Of a stretch of 59,993 nucleotides of DNA, positions 55,442 to 59,993 are shown one piece after another (the first letter of the stretch is position 1; each line of letters starts with the position of its first letter). Source of the stretch: an uncultured Dehalococcoidia bacterium (GTDB lineage: Bacteria; Chloroflexota; Dehalococcoidia; Lucifugimonadales; UBA826); assembly GCA_964620395.1 (NCBI GenBank), contig CAZUHE010000001.1:1-59993 (forward strand), read 5' to 3'. The notes under the pieces were generated by a model. It saw nothing but the letters and a program-made list of their open reading frames with translations, was not told the origin of the DNA and did no database searches. A program made the translations under genes and the position numbers.

Positions 55442-56673
55442 AGATAACAGATTTGAGATGCGCGATAATCGGGGGGCAGCCCGTAATCAGAATTAAAACT
55501 GACGAAGGGATTGACGGGTATGGAACCACAGCTCGTCTTAGATCACTCCACATTCGATGGCACCTTGAATATTACAAAAAATTGATATTAGGTGCTGATC
55601 CCACAGACGTAGAGCGAACTATGCTCAGAATTCGTAGGCTGGGTGCTTTTAAGCCATGGGGAGCTGCTGTTAGTGGCATAGAAATTGCTCTTTGGGATAT
55701 AGCTGGTAAGTCAGCCGGAGTGCCGGTTTATAAACTTCTAGGCGGAAAAATCCGGGATCGTGTTAGGGTATACAACGGAGCCATAAGATCTCCTTTACCA
55801 GGGAAAAACCCAGATGATTATGCCGAGTCAACTCAGATCATGAAAGATTTGCCTCAGAGATTTACAATTGTAAAGCAGGCGATATCTTTTCACGGTAAAA
55901 TGGGCGCCGATGTTCCCAATTATTATTATGGGGATTATCAAGGTGAATCAATACCAGGGATGCATCCGTCACCTTCATATCCGAACAGAGGCCTCCTCAC
56001 ACCTCAAGGATTTAAACATACTGTTGAATGTGTTGTTGCTATGAAGGAAGTTTTAGGTGATCAGATTGGCTTGGCGTTGGATTGTGGTCCAGGAATGACT
56101 ATAGTAGATACCCTTAAATTGGCTCGCGCTCTTGAGCCCTATGATGTTATGTGGTTGGAAGACACAATAAGAGGTGATTTTTCTTCATCTGTTGATCCGG
56201 ATCTTTTCTTGCAGGTAACGCCTCATACAACGACGCCTATCCACACTGGAGAGCAGATTTATCTTCGTGATAATTTTAAGGAGTTGATAGAAAAAAACGC
56301 AGTTAATGTGGTAGGGCCTGACCCTTTGGATGTGGGTGGGATATCAGAAATGAAGTGGATAGCTCAATATGCTGATATTCATGGGATTCAGTTTGCACCT
56401 CATGGTATCGGTGTTGGATTGATAGGTCTTGCAGCACAGGTTCAAGTTGCAGCGACCTATCCGGATAATTTTATTGCGTTTGAATATTCAACAGGGCAGC
56501 CTGAATGGTGGTATGACATAGTGGAAGGACTTCCTGGGGATAAAGGATCTCCGGAATCAATAGTTAGAGATGGGTTTATAAAAGTCTGGGATGCCCCAGG
56601 TTTGGGTATAACCATTAATGCTGAGCGAGCTCAACCATATTTGGAAGATCGGGATGTTGATTTTTTCAATTGA
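55438..56673 (+). CDS. enolase-superfamily enzyme (galactonate/mannonate dehydratase-like subgroup)
   Basis: 411 aa from MKITDLRCAIIGG (ATG 55438). Motifs seen are IKTDEGIDGYG, ALWDIAGKSAGVPVYKLLGG, and LDCG / LEDT / GEQ metal-ligand contexts. Its larger size is as in the dehydratase subgroups. Confidence 0.85.
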   Translation: MKITDLRCAIIGGQPVIRIKTDEGIDGYGTTARLRSLHIRWHLEYYKKLILGADPTDVERTMLRIRRLGAFKPWGAAVSGIEIALWDIAGKSAGVPVYKLLGGKIRDRVRVYNGAIRSPLPGKNPDDYAESTQIMKDLPQRFTIVKQAISFHGKMGADVPNYYYGDYQGESIPGMHPSPSYPNRGLLTPQGFKHTVECVVAMKEVLGDQIGLALDCGPGMTIVDTLKLARALEPYDVMWLEDTIRGDFSSSVDPDLFLQVTPHTTTPIHTGEQIYLRDNFKELIEKNAVNVVGPDPLDVGGISEMKWIAQYADIHGIQFAPHGIGVGLIGLAAQVQVAATYPDNFIAFEYSTGQPEWWYDIVEGLPGDKGSPESIVRDGFIKVWDAPGLGITINAERAQPYLEDRDVDFFN

Positions 56674-56676
56674 TTT

Positions 56677-56693
56677 TGGAAGATTGTCTTCCA
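56677..56693 (+). terminator. short hairpin between convergent genes (weak terminator candidate)
   Basis: TGGAAGA-ttg-TCTTCCA is a 7-bp stem located 4 nt after the enolase-family stop. No T-run follows on either strand, so support is weak. Confidence 0.25.
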
Positions 56694-56704
56694 GAGTCAG
56701 AGGC

Positions 56705-57658
56705 TTAATCTACTTTAAGTAATTTGCTCATACTTCTTAATTCTCTGGGCGGATTCATACTACTTCCGCGAATTGTATAGGATACCTCTCCGACATATAT
56801 GCTTCCCTGTGAATCAACACCAATTCCGTGTGGTGCAATGAACTTGCCGGGTTCTTCTCCTTCCTCAGGGTGTCCAATTCTGGCCAGATGTTCCCCGCTT
56901 GGACTTATTATGCTGATGTTATGTCCGTGATTTGGAGGTGTGGGATCAGCCTGAGTCATACCAGGTAATTCGCCAATGTAGATGTTTCCGTCAGGCCCTA
57001 TAGTGAGGCCGTTTGGCATAAATATGTTGTTCCATACGTCAATAACATTTCCATCTGTATCAAACACCTGTACTCTATGCGCTTCTCTGTCTGCTACTAT
57101 AACTCTGTCATCGTCATCGACGGCTATGTTATGTGGTCGTAAAAATTGACCTGGTTCTATACCAGGGCTTCCCCATGATTTTATGTATTCTCCTTCTGGA
57201 GAATACTTATGTACACGGAAATTACCGTATCCATCCGTAATGAATATGTCTCCAGTTTTTTTTGATACTGCGGCATGAGTGGGTCTGTTAAATGGTTCCC
57301 CTTTCCATATTTCTGATGCTTTTCCAGGAGTACCGATAGTCATAAGTAGTTCTCCATTTCGGGTGAACTTCGTGATTGTGTGGATACCATCATCGGCACA
57401 GTAGACCGTATCATCAGGACCGATCAGGATTCCGTGAGTTCTATTACTGAATACCCCAGCTCCAAAACCTCTCAGGAATTCGCCTTCTTGATTAAAAACC
57501 ATCACAGGGTGTTCCACATTACGGCTGAAAGTATATATTTCATCCTGAGAATCTACAGCGACTCCCGGTGTTTCTATGAATTTTGCCCCACCAGGTAGTG
57601 AAGGCCAACTATCCAGAGCTTCATATTTGAAGTTGCCGCTTCCTAAAGTAACACTCAT
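56705..57658 (-). CDS. NHL-repeat six-bladed beta-propeller protein (peptidyl-alpha-hydroxyglycine alpha-amidating lyase-like)
   Basis: The start was set at MSVTLGSGNFKYE (ATG 57658, with GGAGA 6 nt upstream). NHL blades include FNRPTHAAVSKKTGDIFITDGYGN, RPHNIAVDDDDRVIVADREAHRVQVF and APHGIGVDSQGSIYVGE. It is a paralog of 25476-26399. Confidence 0.7.
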   Translation of the reverse strand: MSVTLGSGNFKYEALDSWPSLPGGAKFIETPGVAVDSQDEIYTFSRNVEHPVMVFNQEGEFLRGFGAGVFSNRTHGILIGPDDTVYCADDGIHTITKFTRNGELLMTIGTPGKASEIWKGEPFNRPTHAAVSKKTGDIFITDGYGNFRVHKYSPEGEYIKSWGSPGIEPGQFLRPHNIAVDDDDRVIVADREAHRVQVFDTDGNVIDVWNNIFMPNGLTIGPDGNIYIGELPGMTQADPTPPNHGHNISIISPSGEHLARIGHPEEGEEPGKFIAPHGIGVDSQGSIYVGEVSYTIRGSSMNPPRELRSMSKLLKVD

Positions 57659-57777
57659 TGTTCTTCTCCCCATAGATACAGTTTGATTGCGAATTATTGT
57701 GTTTTTCTACATCTAAGCCCTGAAGATACCACCACCCTCCCTGAAGGTCAATTTAGTGTTGTTGTATTTGATCCATG

Positions 57778-57806
57778 TTGAAATTAGAACTAACGTTCTA
57801 TAAAAT
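57778..57806 (+). promoter_or_regulatory. sigma-70-type promoter of the imuB-dnaE2 operon
   Basis: The -35 element is TTGAAA (57778-57783). A 17-nt spacer precedes the -10 element TAAAAT (57801-57806). The promoter lies 41 nt upstream of the imuB-like ATG. Confidence 0.5.
57786..57799 (+). promoter_or_regulatory. LexA operator (SOS box, GAAC-N4-GTTC type)
   Basis: The perfect palindrome AGAACTAACGTTCT lies inside the promoter spacer. This is the Cheo-box-type motif used by Gram-positive and Dehalococcoidia-type LexA. Its position upstream of imuB-dnaE2 is the classical SOS context. Confidence 0.7.
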
Positions 57807-57846
57807 ACTAAAGTTTTACAGCATATAAATAGTCGGATAGAACGTA

Positions 57847-59310
57847 ATGAAAACAGGGTGTCTTGTTATCACTCACATGGGTATAAAGGCAGAGTTAAGG
57901 CGGAGACCAGATCTGAATGCCAAGGATTTAATTTTGTATTCAGGTGAACGTCTAGGTTATCCATCAGTGTTCGATGTGTCCCAAAACATCACCACTATTT
58001 CTCGTGGTATGCCATTAACCGAAGCTATATCAAGATCTTCAGGAGCCGTCATTATGAAGGCGGATATTCGATATTATACCCATCTTTTCGCTCGAATCGT
58101 ATCTGATCTTAAGAGAATGTTTTCACATGTAGAAGAAGATGGTTTGGGTAAAGTCTATTTCAATATGATTGGGGTCGATAATATGTATGGAGGTGAAGTA
58201 AAAGCGATATCTAGAGTGTTGAATATGATTCCTGAGTTTTTTCAGGCTCGTGCAGGTATTGCATCTACTAAGTTCGTTTCATATATAGCAGCGATTTCCA
58301 GTCAAATTAATAGTGCCACTAAAGTGTCGGGGCATTCTTCGGAAATCGCCACATTTTTAGCTCCATTCTCAGTACATATGTTGCCAGTAAGTCAAAAAGT
58401 AATTTCAGATTTCAAAAAATTTGGTATATCAACCATTGGAGATCTTACATCCCATGATTTGAACCATATAGGGTCAAGATTTGGAGCAGAAGCTTATAGA
58501 GCGTGGAAACTGGTGTCTGGAAATGGTTTTTCTCCAGTAGTTACTAAAAATGAGGAACATAATGTATCTGAATGCATCTCACTGCCGTTTGAATCTAATG
58601 TGCAAGAGATTGTGTTTACGGCAATAGATATTCTTCTTAAGAGGTTATACGACGTTCCACCTCTTAAAGGTAAATATGCCAGTGAATTTGTTTTGAGATG
58701 TGATCTTTATAAAAATACAACTTGGGTAAAAAATATTGTAACCAGAGAACCAGTTTCCACACCTTCGTCCGCGTTGTTATCAATACGTAACATTCTGGGT
58801 GAATTTGATTTACCTGGTTTTGTGGAAAGAGTTTCACTTACAGTGTCTGGGTTTTCTAATGAACACGGTACTCAGTCGCGAATATTTTCTGATCATGGTG
58901 ATTCTAATAATGAATATTTTGATCAACTGATTAACGTCGACAAATCTCTTCAAATGAAGATGGCAGGTGCTAAATCTATATATCGGATAATGGTCATTGA
59001 TGATTGTCACCCAATACCAGAAATGAGGGCTATTCAAGTTCCCTTGAGCTCCAATGCTCCTGAGGATATGAAGGCCCTTAATCTGCCAATCCCAGTAGTC
59101 GTTAAAGAAAGTAAAGGTCTTCCAGTATCTGTATTTGTTTCTCCCCAAGGTGAATTGGATATTGAAATTGAGGATATATGGAAAATAGATTTTTGGTGGA
59201 TGGTTAATCCTGTTAGGAGAATTTACTACTCACTGAGGTTGGATAATGATGAAATCATCACAGTTTTTAAAGACGCAATAACAACACGTTGGTATTGCCA
59301 AAACTACTAA
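57847..59310 (+). CDS. imuB: ImuB-like catalytically inactive Y-family DNA polymerase homolog
   Basis: 487 aa with the Y-family palm/fingers layout (GMPLTEAISR..., VEEDGLGKVYFNMIGVDNMYGGE, AGIASTKFVSYIAA). The catalytic acidic residues are replaced (ITHMG instead of DxD, GK instead of DE). It is immediately followed by dnaE2, with overlap TAATG. Confidence 0.7.
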   Translation: MKTGCLVITHMGIKAELRRRPDLNAKDLILYSGERLGYPSVFDVSQNITTISRGMPLTEAISRSSGAVIMKADIRYYTHLFARIVSDLKRMFSHVEEDGLGKVYFNMIGVDNMYGGEVKAISRVLNMIPEFFQARAGIASTKFVSYIAAISSQINSATKVSGHSSEIATFLAPFSVHMLPVSQKVISDFKKFGISTIGDLTSHDLNHIGSRFGAEAYRAWKLVSGNGFSPVVTKNEEHNVSECISLPFESNVQEIVFTAIDILLKRLYDVPPLKGKYASEFVLRCDLYKNTTWVKNIVTREPVSTPSSALLSIRNILGEFDLPGFVERVSLTVSGFSNEHGTQSRIFSDHGDSNNEYFDQLINVDKSLQMKMAGAKSIYRIMVIDDCHPIPEMRAIQVPLSSNAPEDMKALNLPIPVVVKESKGLPVSVFVSPQGELDIEIEDIWKIDFWWMVNPVRRIYYSLRLDNDEIITVFKDAITTRWYCQNY

Positions 59311-59993
59311 TGTATATGTCTGGTTATTGTCGCAACAAGATTCCTTACGTAGAACTTAGGACGAAAAGTTTTTATTCGTTTGGTGTTGGAGCTTCTCATG
59401 TACATGAATTTCTTAATCGGGCTGTTGAACTAGGTTATCCTGCTATTGCACTTACTGATTACAACATGTGTGGGTCTCTTGAGTTTGCCCGACAGGCTAA
59501 TAAATTGAGTATAAAGGCGATCGTTGGTGCTGAAGTTACTTTTACTGACGGTTTTATGGTAGCCCTCTTGGCTAAAAACAGGATTGGGTATGCAAATATA
59601 TGCCGAATTCTTACCTTGGCAAATAAAGCTAATCGTAAAGACCCCAGGATTGAATTTGAGGATTTAAAACCCTATACAGAAGGAATTGTTCTATTAACAG
59701 GGTTCTATAGAGGGAAAGTTTCAGCATTAGCATCATCTGGAAATATACAAAAAGCTAAAAGAGTACTACAAGAATACGCTGAATGTTTTGAAGAAAATTC
59801 TGTTTATGTTGAATTAAGCCGTAATCTAGTCTACGGAGATAAGAGATTGATTCGTATTCTCAGTAAACTAGCTTCTGACATTGGATTGCCAGTTGTAGCT
59901 ACTAATGATGTTCATTATCACATGCCAGAAAGACACAGGTTACAGAGTGCTCTTGTAGCAATTAAATCAAATAAGACTATTGACAATGCGATG
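59310..59993 (+). CDS. dnaE2: error-prone DNA polymerase III alpha homolog DnaE2/ImuC, N-terminal PHP domain (partial, runs off the right edge)
   Basis: My own translation gives MYMSGYCRNKIPYVELRTKSFYSFGVGASHVHEFLNRAVELGYPAIALTDYNMCGSLEFARQANKLSIKAIVGAEVTF...VATNDVHYH. This is the DnaE PHP-domain layout. The ORF is open to the window end and absent from the track because it has no stop. Confidence 0.8.
   Translation, partial: MYMSGYCRNKIPYVELRTKSFYSFGVGASHVHEFLNRAVELGYPAIALTDYNMCGSLEFARQANKLSIKAIVGAEVTFTDGFMVALLAKNRIGYANICRILTLANKANRKDPRIEFEDLKPYTEGIVLLTGFYRGKVSALASSGNIQKAKRVLQEYAECFEENSVYVELSRNLVYGDKRLIRILSKLASDIGLPVVATNDVHYHMPERHRLQSALVAIKSNKTIDNAM

Noticed and set aside
1-59993. Search for mobile elements, prophage, defense systems, toxin-antitoxin pairs, CRISPR, tRNA and rRNA
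   Set aside because: I recognised no integrase, transposase, recombinase, phage structural or restriction/defense-type motifs among ORFs of 60 aa or more. There are no spaced repeat arrays, and no tRNA-like T-arm (GGTTCGAATCC-type) or rRNA sequences. The window looks like core or accessory metabolic chromosome.

Overview
Gene-dense ~60 kb chromosomal window with about 58 protein-coding genes on both strands. I found no rRNA, tRNA, CRISPR array, transposase, integrase or phage genes. Most genes encode cytoplasmic catabolic enzymes and secondary transporters, and many occur as paralogous sets. These include 4 enolase-superfamily (mandelate racemase/muconate lactonizing) enzymes, 6 MFS transporters plus 1 DMT/EamA transporter, and 2 Cys-type sulfatases without signal peptides. 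There are also 3 amidohydrolases, a phosphotriesterase-family protein, an amidase, 2 HpcH/HpaI aldolases, 2 D-2-hydroxyacid dehydrogenases, 2 SDRs, an LLM flavin oxidoreductase, an Old Yellow Enzyme and 2 NHL beta-propeller paralogs. This paralog pattern, lipoproteins with Pro/Thr linkers and a GAAC-N4-GTTC SOS box together suggest a marine Chloroflexota (SAR202-like) genome; that is inference only. Supported non-coding elements are a cobalamin riboswitch in front of a BtuF-like binding lipoprotein, a LexA-box promoter in front of an imuB-dnaE2 mutagenesis cassette, one clean intrinsic terminator and a 21-bp coding tandem repeat. The most interesting observations are: (1) an in-frame TGA exactly at the first Cys position of the redox motif of a membrane-anchored thioredoxin-fold protein, followed by a stem-loop, making it a candidate selenoprotein; (2) an adjacent orphan 8-Cys mini-protein with a terminator-like leader hairpin; (3) a Yip1 / zinc-ribbon-DUF2339 / DUF3999 membrane gene trio of unknown function; (4) repeated enolase-MFS cassettes and two unusual sugar-acid-type operons. 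All family calls come from reading motifs by eye; no database search was possible.
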